In this document: piece after piece, positions 1 through 11,600 of the stretch | Numbering within the stretch: position 1 is the first letter of the stretch | Layout of the letters: the number at the start of each line of letters is the position of its first letter | From: Chrysomallon squamiferum | Lineage: Eukaryota > Animalia > Mollusca | Reading direction: 5' to 3' | Length of the DNA: 64,000 bases | Assembly (NCBI GenBank): GCA_012295275.1 | Contig: CM022665.1 | Coordinates: 31,682,001 to 31,746,000 of the forward strand | Program-made: the position numbers and the translations under genes | Notes under the pieces: model-generated | What the model saw: only the letters and a program-made list of their open reading frames with translations | Told to the model about the DNA's origin: nothing | Databases searched by the model: none

Positions 1-300
1 GATATCAGTATTGTTACTTGCTGCGGTCGAAGACCCGTCAACACCTAATAATTAACAAATGATATAATAATAAAACATTTCTGAATTAGTCATTTTTTTC
101 TTCTCCGCATTTTAATTTTACTTTTTTTCTTATCATCATAATCATTTATTCTTATTTTTGTATATATAGCATATTTATAAATGCATACATTCACACATAC
201 ATATTTTAAAGGTAACAATTATAACCTGAAATTAATACTTACATAAATTAAGTAACAGACATACATACAATACCACAGAGATCTGGAACCATGTTGCCAT
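1..300 (-). CDS. Small secreted protein, 3'-partial (signal peptide plus start of a Ser/Thr-rich mature region)
   Basis: Exon 300-243 (ttttaag|ATG...TTA T|GTAAGT) splices in phase 1 to exon 44-1 (attag|GT GTT GAC), giving MATWFQISVVLYVCLLLNLCVDGSSTAASNNTDI..., open to the window edge. Hydrophobic core with a V-D-G cleavage-like motif. Not in the ORF track. Confidence 0.75.
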
Positions 301-362
301 CTTAAAAAAATATATAATAATAATAATATTAAATTTTAAAATTTTAAATTTAAAACAAGCAG

Positions 363-394
<32 letters not shown>

Positions 395-1094
395 CAAACA
401 AACCCGTAAGAATTAAAAATAAAAATGTTGTAGCCAAAAAAAATTAATAAAATAAATAAATAAATAAATAATAAAATAAAACAAATAAAAATTAAAAATT
501 ATTTAGCTGTATTTTTTATTATATTTTTTTTTAGGGGAATTGTTTTATCATTGAAATTAACTATTTTAATTTAGCAATCAGGAGTAAATTGTAAATTAAA
601 AGTGTATATGTATGTCTTTATTAATTAATTTCTTTATATATACGTATTTTACTAAACAGCGTTATACAGTCACGTTGTAAATTAAGCGATGATAATTAAG
701 CAGAAAACAACACAAACAAATAAACAAAAAGACTTCAGTACAATATTATAGAATGTGTAATTGGTTTTTGGTGTTTTGTTGTTATTCTTAATGTTGCGGT
801 TTTTAAGTTTTGTAATATATTAAGTTTAATTTCAATTAAAATAATAATAATAATTGTGGTTGTAGCAGTAGTAATATTATTATTATAATAATAAAAACAA
901 CAATAACAAATACAAAATTAAAATATAGTAAACCGAAAGAAAAAAAGAAAAAGAAAAATAACCACGAAAAAATAAACAAGGAATAAAAAATTATATTAAG
1001 AAACTGCATCAAAAATAAAGATAACTTTTAAATGCTACTAAATAAATTAAATATTACAGTATTTATCAAACTATTTAGATTTGTAATGTTTTAC

Positions 1095-1254
1095 CTTATC
1101 AGGATTTTCCTAAGGAAACTGTTCTTTTCACTTAATTTCGTACAACTCTATCCACTTTCAGTGACTGAAACGACAGCTCAGTAATAAAATATTTTAAGAC
1201 GAAAGAAATGTAGGCTTCCTCAGTGAAGATAGCGGGTTTAAAGTTCTTTATATA
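1095..1254 (-). promoter_or_regulatory. TATA box, initiator and non-coding first exon of the gene at 1-300
   Basis: Minus strand TATATAAAG at 1254-1246; TCACT Inr-like element with A at 1224, 30 nt downstream; donor AAG|GTAAAA after 1095; acceptor immediately before the ATG at 300. Confidence 0.6.
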
Positions 1255-1487
1255 CCTGTTTGCCTTCAGCCGATGCGCAAAGGTTAAGAAAGTATCAAAT
1301 AACAACGCGAAATTTGAATCATGTTACTGTTTTAAAACTCGCACTAACATTTCATCCTGGAATATCCGGGAATCATCTGAGTCACGAAAGGTAAAACTTC
1401 TTTAAAGACATTTTCACGTAGGCCTACTCCTGTTTACTAGAAATAAAGTGTTATTTTTCAGTTTACGAATTTCCTTGTAAGCAATAT

Positions 1488-1505
1488 AAATAAATAAATT
1501 AATTA

Positions 1506-1562
<57 letters not shown>

Positions 1563-1638
1563 TACAATAACAATAAAAGAAAATGAAAGTAACAAGGATT
1601 AAATAATAAATAAATAAATAAATTAATTAATTAATAAT

Positions 1639-1673
<35 letters not shown>

Positions 1674-1727
1674 TAACAATAAAAGAAAATGAAAGTAACA
1701 AGGATTAAATAATAAATAAATAAATTC
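1488..1727. repeat. Tandem duplication of about 110-120 bp containing (AAT)n microsatellites
   Basis: acaataacaataaaagaaaatgaaagtaacaaggattaaataataaat occurs at about 1564 and 1670, each preceded by an (AAT)n run. Confidence 0.9.
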
Positions 1728-2103
1728 TAAGAATAAAAAATTTCAATTTTGTGTTAAATATATATGTATATATATTAATAATAAAAATTAAAAATAAATA
1801 AAAATCTTAACAACTGAAACAAAAAGAAAATAAAGATTACTTAAATTAGTACTAAAAAAAAGGAAATAAAAATAAAGAAATAAGTAAAGAAATAAATCAA
1901 AAATGCGTATAACGTTTCAGTTAAAAAAGATCAATGAATTAACTGCTTTTAATATCAAAATTCTTTAACTCCAGCTGGTCTTCTGTCTCTGTAATCCATT
2001 TCGCTATCATTTCTTCGGTTTTCATAGCATTCTTAGATGGATATATCGAGAGATATGTAGATGGCTACCTACGTATGTATATGTTTGTATTCACGGATGT
2101 ATG

Positions 2104-2157
2104 TCGCCCAATAGCCAATATGTTTTTCGTGCTGGGGTGTCGTTAAACATTCATTCA
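2104..2157 (+). mobile_element. SINE 3' tail fragment
   Basis: cgcccaatagcc...ttcgtgctggggtgtcgttaaacattcattc resembles a recalled gastropod SINE 3' end with an (ATTC)n tail. Confidence 0.55.
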
Positions 2158-3346
2158 GAGAGAAAGAGAAAACAGACAGATGGATGGAAAGAAAAATACA
2201 TGTAGATGAATAGATAAGCTGAAAGCGAGATGGAAATTACATTTGTAAAGAGTTAATTAGCAGATGGAAAAAGAAACTATGTTATAAAAAAACCATTTAA
2301 AATAAATATCTAATAAGCATCCTTCCCTACCTGGAACAAAAATAAGGTTCAGCCGTGTAGAACATGTAATAATTTATATTATAAAATATTGGTTAGCATC
2401 CTTTTGCAAACATTTCATCTTCCAGGTAGTGATTTGTATTTTGACTTTCATAGATTTTTCCACCGAATTTTCTTTGTGATGGCTAACTCGGTGAACGTGT
2501 TTTTAGTGACCAATCTTAGAACCACCCTTTTGAATCTTGGTGATATCCATGTTAAAATACTGGTCATGGAATGATTACCAAACATTCACAAGTAAACAGA
2601 TCAGTGTTCTAAGGAACAGCCCCTTCCGCTGTTAGTACTTTTATCCATTGTTTTCATTTCGTATGTGAAGTTATTAAAAGCGAGCAAACGAATTTAACAA
2701 GGAATGAATTATGAAAATAGTATCATCTAAAAAAATAGTGTCTAAAATATTGAACTGAAGAGTAAGGATTTCACTTTATGGTTAATATGGGTACCAAAGG
2801 CAAACAGAAGACGGCTTCAGGAATGGATTTATGCATCGAGGACACCGAGTTGTAATTATGAAAACTGAAAATGTCATTAAACAGGATAAATATATGTGAA
2901 TTTTAAACATGGGTAACGTTTACTTTTAGCAATTATTACTCGTTTATTACATATTAAATTAAAAAAAAAACTTTAGGACAGTGTCAAGAATTTATTTTGG
3001 ATACACAGATGACAAATACTTCATGAATAAACAACATATTGTCTATTAACACAACTTTATTGTCTATTAAACTTCATAATCAATCACATTTCAAATATCA
3101 GTAAGCCCATATTTACTGAACTTAACAATTTTAATTTTGTCATTTAAAATATTAAAGTTAAAAAATAACACGCACTAATAATTTTTTTTTTTTTAATTTA
3201 ATTAAAAATTAAAACAACCACTTTGCCTCATTCATAAGCTAGTGTCCAGAAAATGTATTTATTACATTTGACTAGGCACTATTATATACCTATAATTAAA
3301 CAGGCTAGCTCAGAGGCTATAATTTCAACATCTTTTTTAATGCACT

Positions 3347-4152
3347 TTAAATCAACAAAGACATGAAAAGAAATGCTGCTAGCATAACTGAAATAACCAG
3401 AGTTGAGGATATGATTTCATAAGCAGCACTGTCAGCGGTGGTTGTTTGACCCATAACCTCTGGCGTTGCCATACCACTTTTGCCTTCATCATAATCACTA
3501 TCAGTATCTTCAGTTGATAAACCAAAGTCTACTTCTGGTGCAACTGTTGATGTGTCTCCTCCATCGCCAGTGGCAGCTGTAGTGATTGGAGCATCAGTAT
3601 CAGTAAAAACTGGAGGAACAGTAGTAGCTAGAGCGCCTGCTGTAGCATCTCCACCGTCTCCACCGTCTCCACCAGCTCCACCATCTCCACCAGCTCCACC
3701 ATCTCCACCATCTCCACCATCACCACCATCATCACCACCATCACCACCATCACCATCATCACCACCTGGTGCTGCTGGTACTGCAGTAGTCGCAGGTGCT
3801 GCAGCATCAGTAGCACCAATTGTAGTACTATCTTGTGCTTTGGTAAGTGTCCCTGAAAAAACAAAATGACGATTGCTTACCTCTTGTTTTGTTTTCCGTT
3901 TTAATATTGTTTGGATACTTTCTCTTTTTTTTGGGGGGGGGAGGGGAGGGAGTTAATGGCTTATTGAGGTTAGAAAACAAAACAGAAAATAAGAAAGAAA
4001 ACATAAATTGGAAGAGCCAATAAGAAAGACCAAAATAACAGATGGAAGTAAATATAAAAACTGAAATACTTATTTTGTATTTTTAATTACGGTTGTTCAT
4101 ATAATTTAAGGAAAACTGATCATCATAATTATTTTCAGGAATTTGCACTAAA

Positions 4153-4184
<32 letters not shown>

Positions 4185-4320
4185 ATAATAATAATAATAA
4201 ATATACATTTGTGAAAAAGTACAATTCAGTTAAATAAAATGAATATTCACCTTTTTGTAATAGGATGCACAATGAAAAACTCAGAAGAAAAATATTCAAG
4301 TATCTATACTTATTAGCCAT
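3347..4320 (-). CDS. 191-aa secreted acidic Gly/Asp/Thr-rich protein with a C-terminal hydrophobic (GPI-anchor-like) tail
   Basis: Exon 4320-4251 (MANKYRYLNIFLLSFSLCILLQK G|gtgaat) plus exon 3852-3347 (tttttcag|GG ACA...TAA) total 576 nt, open. Translation: GTLTKAQDSTTIGATDAAAPATTAVPAAP-(GGD/GGA, 40 aa)-ATAGALATTVPPVFTDTDAPITTAATGDGGDTSTVAPEVDFGLSTEDTDSDYDEGKSGMATPEVMGQTTTADSAAYEIISSTLVISVMLAAFLFMSLLI*. Confidence 0.9.
3647..3766 (-). repeat. Coding 9-bp minisatellite (GGTGGAGAT-like) encoding GGD/GGA repeats
   Basis: ccatctcca/ccatcacca units on the plus strand; 40 codons of only Gly, Asp and Ala on the minus strand. Confidence 0.95.
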
Positions 4321-4860
4321 TCTGAAAAAGATTTAAAAATAATGAGAATTACTTTAAATGTATAAACTACTTTTTTCATACATTAATAATTTCTTTTTTG
4401 CATTAAAAATATAATTTAAAATAATAATGATAATAATAAAACATTAAATTTTTTAAGTTAACAGATAAAGTGGATTATATCATTACATCAAAAGGCAAAA
4501 GTTTTAATGATTTTAATTTATGTGAAAAACAAAGCCTGAACTGTAAGAACATTTTAGCAGTTAAGTAATGCTTTTTGGGGCATAACTCCAAATTCAAACT
4601 GCTATTTCAAGGAGTTTTTAATTGCATTTGATTTTCTAACCTTTCATCTTAACATACAGACATTCCAATATACCCCAATAATATTAGAACAAGAACAAAA
4701 TATATTTGAAACGAAACAAATTTCCTGTTATCCAGTTTTTAAAGAAATGAACAAATTACGCAGTTAAGCAAAAATCAGTTAAAAATGATATTTCGATATT
4801 TTTGGATTTTCTTTTTTACTATAATACGCTGTAATTAACTGTCTAATCACATTAACTTAC

Positions 4861-5034
4861 TTTATGTTCTACCATATACTGTGCAGAAACAAAATCCAGA
4901 GTATCAAAAATTAATTTTTAAACCAAGAATCATTTGTAATTTAACGTCTGCGTACGTTAACGCTCGTTGTGGAAATATATGACGTCATGTTTTAGAAGAC
5001 AAGGTTACTAGACTGGATTAATGGCAATTTTATA
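4861..5034 (-). promoter_or_regulatory. Putative TATA box and non-coding first exon of the GGD-repeat gene; palindromic CRE
   Basis: Minus strand TATAAAAT at 5034-5027; donor AAA|GTAAGT after 4861; acceptor tttttcag|A-ATG at 4321; TGACGTCA at 4980-4987. Confidence 0.5.
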
Positions 5035-5381
5035 CCGTCAAAAAGAAATATACGTTGTCACTCATTAATCTGTTAACTCGGTTGATTAAAGAATCTAATG
5101 AATATAATAATTATTTTTAAAAAGATATGATTATTAAAACACAATATGTTTAAAGACTGAATGTTTCATGTTATTTAATTGTATTCTTTAATACCTTGGG
5201 CTCGAATTTTTAAACAAGTCTCAGACTTTAAAGACGCTTTTGTTGCAAAATTCTAACACTGATAATAATAATAAAAAAATTCCAATAAAAATAAAGAAAT
5301 AAATTAATAATTTGATTAACTTCGTGCTGAAAATAGTATTCTGTTTATTTCATATTTTATAAAGATTTATATTCACTTTTC

Positions 5382-5383
<2 letters not shown>

Positions 5384-5419
<36 letters not shown>

Positions 5420-5537
5420 CGCGTGGGTAGGTGTGTGCCGGATTTTCATAAGGTGAGCAGGCTGCAGCCCGCGACCTCCAATACAGCGCGCGCGCGCGGA
5501 CATACAAACACAAACACAAACACACACACCACACACG
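5384..5537. repeat. (TA)n, (CG)n and (AC)-rich alternating purine-pyrimidine cluster
   Basis: (TA) run 5384-5414, gcgcgcgcgcgcg at about 5486-5498, and acaaac/acac repeats to about 5537. Confidence 0.9.
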
Positions 5538-6430
5538 TGGGTTATTATTATTGTTGTTGTTGTTGTTTGTTTGCTAATATGTTTTGTATAAAGAAGAGAA
5601 AGGCAATTTTTCACCATTTATCAAATGAAAAAAATTAATGTAATATGTGACGAAAGGTGACCTTGACATTGTCTGGAACAAAGTAACGACGATAAACTAG
5701 AAATAGTGAAAATGGTAACAGAATATAAAGAATTTTTAAATAAATAATAATTATCGTGTAAACTATTAACAACTAGAACTGTTTGTTCAATAATTTCATT
5801 AATCTTATCCGTTTCTAAAATTGCGGAATCTGCTAGCTGTTAAGTACTAAATGCCGTCTGACGGTTATCAAAAACTTAGGCGAACATCAAAAAATTATGA
5901 TACACAAAATCTTAAAATAAATGATCGGAATTAATACCTGAAATGTTTTATATGTCGTCAGATATGAAACAGTTACAAAAATGATCGTTTAAAGTTTCTT
6001 TACATCTGATTTTTTTTTAATCTTTTTTTTTTAATCAGTGAAATAAACTGAAAATTCGAATGACGTAATATCTTCGTACTATAATTTAAACAACCTAGAC
6101 TTAATTCGAGTTTAATCAAACTTAAACGATCGGTAGTTCTAAAATTGTATGTTTATGCAAACTGTTTTCTCACTTCTACTGCTGGCAAAGAGATACTTGA
6201 ATGTACGAATAAATGAAACATTTTATTGTTAGCGTTAAGTGTCAAAACATATTAGTCTTGAGATCAAATGTGATTTAACTATTATGAGTTCCAGCGGTCA
6301 GTGTTAGGGAAACAAAATTCCTAAATGAATCTAATTCAGTATTAAAAATGGGGTTCGATCTGAAAATAGCCCAAAATCTATTTAATACAGGTCACTGTAT
6401 GAATTCAAATCTATTACTTAAAACAATATA

Positions 6431-7397
6431 TTTGGCGGGAAAGATTAGTGAAGAAAATCGCTGATTGGTGCTATGAAAGTTAGACATTTAATTGCTATGA
6501 AATACAATTAAGTACGCTCACCCTTGAAACAAAAGTGAAATGTAATGTGTCTATCTGATTCAGAACTACCAAGAAAGTTCACATTTGAATGAAAAAATAA
6601 TAATAAATAAAGATAATTTGATAACATTTTATTTTAAAAATGTATTTATTTATTTATTTATTTATTATTATTATTATTTAATTTATTTATTTATTTATTT
6701 ATTATTTTATTTTATTTTATTTTATTTTATTTTATTTTATTTATTTATTTATTTAAGCAGGCGGGCACCATGCAGATAATAAGCAATACTCTATATGAAT
6801 AATATTCTGACAACAACCCAATAAATAAATTTGTCAGTATTTGAAACGATAAAACAAATGTACAAATTAATACTTTTATTAACATTAACATTGTTTTGGA
6901 CAGACAATCCAGATTCATGTGTATCACATACAGATGTACTCGAAAATGTAAGTGGATATAACCATACATATCTCAAATAAAGGTACAGAGCGATATTATA
7001 AGGAAGCATTCGGATGGTTTGTCAGTTTATATTTATTATCAGTTTGTACCTATTATCAACATTTTTCTAATAGTAAAAACTATGTGAACGCTGTTTGTTT
7101 TGTGCTATTTTTCATAATTTTATTATCACACTATGAAATAATTATAAATCGATGAAGAAACATTCCTAATTTGATTACTAATTATTATGGACATCAGTTA
7201 CGGCGCTCCGCCAAGGAGGAATAATAAGTACAAAACATAAATATAGCGGGAAAATGAGTTAGTGGTGTTTTTATTCTTTTGCGAAACATACGAACTTCGT
7301 CTGTTTGAATTATTAGGCAACATTGAAGATTATCGAATTTTATATTGTTATACAGGTGCAAATTGTATGTGATTTATTACAGCTGGTTTTGTTTGAA
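6431..7397 (+). promoter_or_regulatory. Putative cell-cycle promoter of MMS22L (E2F, CCAAT and CHR-like motifs)
   Basis: TTTGGCGGGAAA at 6431-6442 followed by CTGATTGG at 6461; GCGGGAAA at 7246-7253; TTTGAA at 7304 and 7392; CpG-retaining region upstream of the first coding exon, whose acceptor is at 8652. Confidence 0.45.
6644..6753. repeat. (TTTA)n/(TTA)n/(TTTTA)n microsatellite
   Basis: Directly visible compound repeat. Confidence 0.9.
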
Positions 7398-8683
7398 TCC
7401 CCAACAGAACTGATACATTATACACATACTAAGATACTTAGGATTCTCATACTCATGATACTGTGACTCTGAATTAGCTCTTGAGTCTTGTGATGACCAG
7501 TGACCAAGTGATTTGATTGACTGATTGAGTGGTTCTAAACATAATTCTAGCGATAATATTCCGTGACTAGTCTCTAAAATTAATTTAATCTTAAGCAAAA
7601 GTAAACAAAAATATCGCAGGTTACCTAGTTAGGAGAGGTTTTAAATTTAATCGGTATTTGGTTACTATTTTCTGTTTTATTCAAATTATTCATTAATATT
7701 TTATTGCTAGTGCAGATAACAACTGAATTATAAAATGATCATACAGAACTGTTTATAAAGATAATAAACACATATTCACTTATCAAACGTGTTAAATCAA
7801 CCGTTTTTTCCTTATCTTCTGCATTTATGGGCTTCTGTAAAGCAGGTGAAATTAAAATTTTATCATAAGATTTACATCCAACAAACACTGCAGAGCTTCT
7901 GTACTTTAGTGCTTAGACAGTTTCATTGATTTTTTTATATCAGAAATATTGAGTGAAACTACTGACAAAGGGTAGATTTGCACCTTATTTTGACATAAGA
8001 TTCATTGTTACTATTATTATTTAACATTATATTTGAAAGCCTCGCAAATACTGTTAAAAAATCAGTGAAAAAAAACAACAACCACTTTTATGCCCAAAGA
8101 AATCCATAGAGTTGTCATTTTACAGACAATTACTTATAATGAGTGTGTATGATATTATATAAAAACATACAATATCAATACTTGCCTGGCTAACTTAAAA
8201 ATTACCTCAGTGATGCTAATTATTTTCACTTTTGACAAAATTATACATATTAATTTCAATTGTTGTTAACTGATAATTCAGTATAGGTGTGCCTTTGTTA
8301 GGTACTTAAAGCATGTACTTTCCTACTGCAGAAACATTGATGTTTTACTGGTATTCATTAACCATAACCCATTGTATAATAGTAGTAAGTTTTAAATTTC
8401 AAGGAGTCTCATTATTAAATCAATACTGTAACCAAACAGCATAGAAATGTGCAAAGAGCTGAGATTATTGAAAAATTGGCAAACAGCAGATTGGAGTGAA
8501 GGAACTTCATTGGAGTCATAATTGCTAAGCGTTGCCAGGTGCAGCAGGCAGTAATGATGATGATAACAACCAAATATAACTCATCAATAAGAACTATATA
8601 TGTATGTATGCATGTATATGTAATAAATTTCAAATTTTATATTTTGTTACAGGTTACGTTAAGATATTTGATGTGAGATCATA

Positions 8684-11600
8684 ATGGCTAGTGAAATGGA
8701 AAGCTACTCCATAACACCACCCTTATCACCTTTTCTCAGATCTGACCCTGATTTGGAACAGGATGCCGAAATACAAAACATATATCCTGAAGACATCCAA
8801 GTAGCTAGCCACGGTTTGTAAAACTGAAAGAATTCATTGTTTATAGCACCTTGATTATTATGAAAATTCATTGTTAATTACCATTCAGATTTTCAGCTGG
8901 TTGTTGTATTTTAACCATAGCAAGACCAGTCTCTTGGAAGAGAAAGAAAGTAAACTGGTCAGTATAACATCAGAGATAAAAGAGTCCAGAACCCTCCACA
9001 CCAAAAACCAAACAAATGGGCACCAAATCAAGGAAATTACAGCAGACCTTTTTCTGGATCAGCCTATCTTAATACATAAAATCCTAGCAGGGGTAAAACC
9101 AAAAAACTGTTAAATTGGAATTGCTTTAAAATGATATTTTAACATAACACTGTAATTTTAATTCTGTATGAAATGTTTAATTACAAAAGTTAACAGTTAT
9201 GTTCACATAGATACTGCACCTCAGATAATTTAAGCTAACCTGTTCAAAAATTCGTCCACCCAAGTCTAGTGCCAGCTGTCGAATATCCATGTTCAAGCAT
9301 TTGTTTTTGTTGGTTTTTTTCCTCATTATTCTAAGAATAATTTTAATCTACTGTCAATTTAGATATGAAATATTTGCCTTGCTCTGTAATTTGATTCTGT
9401 CTAGCAACATTTTAGATAATAATATGATAATAAAGTTATCCCTTTATGGTGTATAAATATAATTTACTAATTATTACAATATTTATGTAGATAATTATAA
9501 ATAATTTTAATCAAATATGTGAAAAAACAAATGAATGCCAAAAATGTTTTTTTTCTTCTTTTTTTTTAAGGCAAAAATGCTAACTGTCATCAGTCAGTTT
9601 GTTTTATGTGTGGTGGAAAGCTGGAAGGGATTCAAAAAATCAAATTTAACAAAGACAGTATCTTGAACACTGGATGTTTACAAAAGTAATGTTAAAATTT
9701 GCTTCTTTTCTTTTTCATTTTTTTTTTTTTTTTTTTTTCTTTTTTTTGGTATGAAAATGGGTTACTATAATAATAATAATAAAATATTTCTCTGAAACCA
9801 AACTGTTCATTTCTTTTTCATTTTATAAGAAAATGTTTTAAAATGTTTAATTTCAGTTCTGTCATTTGTGGAGTGTGAAATGAGTTACACACATCTCAAC
9901 TAGTTAGACAAAATGGATGACAACCTGCAGTTTTCTCCATAAAGTGTTTTAGTCAAAATGACTTCTTCCCTCCCAGCTATGTTATTGTTTAATGGCTTGA
10001 TATGTATTTGTTTTTTCCTTCATTTAAGAGTTATTTTTTTGCCAGCTATTTCAGTTAAAATGTGCATTATGTCCTGGTTGTTGATTTCTCAGAAAAAGAC
10101 ATTTTAAAATTTATCCAGTGTCAAAGTTTGATCTTTATGAATAAAATTTATTTTTTTGGCAAGTCTAGTGTGCATTGAATTGTCTACAAATTAGTGTTGT
10201 TTTTTGGTTTTACAAGGTTAATAATTTAATAATTATAAATTCATTTTCAGAAAGCTGAACTGTACCACAGTTGACAAAATGTCTAAAGAAACATTGATTG
10301 AACTGTTTGGATATCAATTTGTCACTCAGCTGGCTTTAGCAAATCACATGGAAAAATTGTTCATGTTTGCACAGTAAGTTGAATACCTTCTTCCAGCAAC
10401 TGGTGTATTAAATATTATGTTTTCAAAATAAATTCTTTAAAGGTATATCTTCAGCATTCATATTATCTAAAATGTAACTAATTATTTATTTTGTTTGTAT
10501 TAATGCTAACAGGTAATAATTAATATATTTTGTAATTTTCAGGAATTGTATTTTAGAAGTGCAGAAGACATCAATAGGTTTCACTGATGCTGGTAACAAT
10601 TTCATTCATGCTACAAAATACAGCTTTAATCTTTGTTATTTAATAATCTTCAGTTATTTATTAATCTAGAAACTGTTTGCTTGTTAAATTGGAATTTAGA
10701 AGCTAGATGTTCAGTGATTTGAATCTGTAACTAAACTATGACAACAAATCCACCTGTAAATTTAGTTAAAAAGAAAGAATACTGCTCAGTTTGTTGAGTT
10801 AAACAAAGTATTTTATTGAATTTAAGTGTCTTTGATCAAAACTGTTTCCTAAATCAGTAAATTTAAATTTTACCCCCCCCATAAAAAAACCCAGTACCTG
10901 ACCTCATAACTTGATAAATGTTGTTTTCTTGAGCACCTTATTAAAATAATAAATTTAAATTTTAGTGATGAATTATGCAAGAGGAATGAAAAGCAAAATG
11001 CATTTTACTTTAATTTTTAACACAATAATTTTACATTTGCAGAAAGAACTGCTTTGATGTCAGAATATCGAAAGCAATTAAAGAGATTTTTAGACTATGT
11101 GCACATTTATGTCAAAAAGTAAGTCCTTTTTTTTTTTATATCACAGTTATGCAAAGACAATATAATACAAGCACCAGACTGTTTATTCAGCTTCCAGAAA
11201 ACTAATATATTTAAAACTGGGTCATTTTGAATCTGACAGTATTGATAGTTGTTTGCCATTCCACAGCTTTGTTTGAATTTTCTTTGCATTTATCACTCAT
11301 GTCAGTTTCATTGTGACAGCTGCAAAAAAACAACTTGATAGTTGAAAATTTCACTGGAAACATTCAAGAAAGTAAAATTATTTACGGATTTCTGGATATT
11401 CCAGCAATCCAGGTTACCTTCATAACATGTTGGACAAATATTTCTTATATTTGTATTATAAAAGTACTTTAAGATTAGATAAAACTATTCAGCTATTGGG
11501 CTGTTCTTTTTTCAGCTATTCCAGTACTTTAGAAAACAAACCAGCAGTAAAATAAAAGACATAAGGAGGTGTACTGATGCCATTATTTTACTTTTTTTCA

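Noticed and set aside
1938-2064. Minus-strand protein-like stretch PSKNAMKTEEMIAKWITETEDQLELKNFDIKSS*
   Set aside because: Short, bounded by stops, with no convincing splice connection or recognisable homology.
3552-3869. Plus-strand 105-aa SPP-repeat (extensin-like) ORF and the minus-strand MVE/MVV-repeat ORF
   Set aside because: Both are shadow frames of the GGD repeat. The real frame has splice sites, a signal peptide and a GPI-like tail.
10505-10542. CTAACAG|GTAATA possible recursive site or alternative acceptor in MMS22L intron 3
   Set aside because: Only 30 nt from the true acceptor (too short for an intron), and using it introduces an immediate stop.
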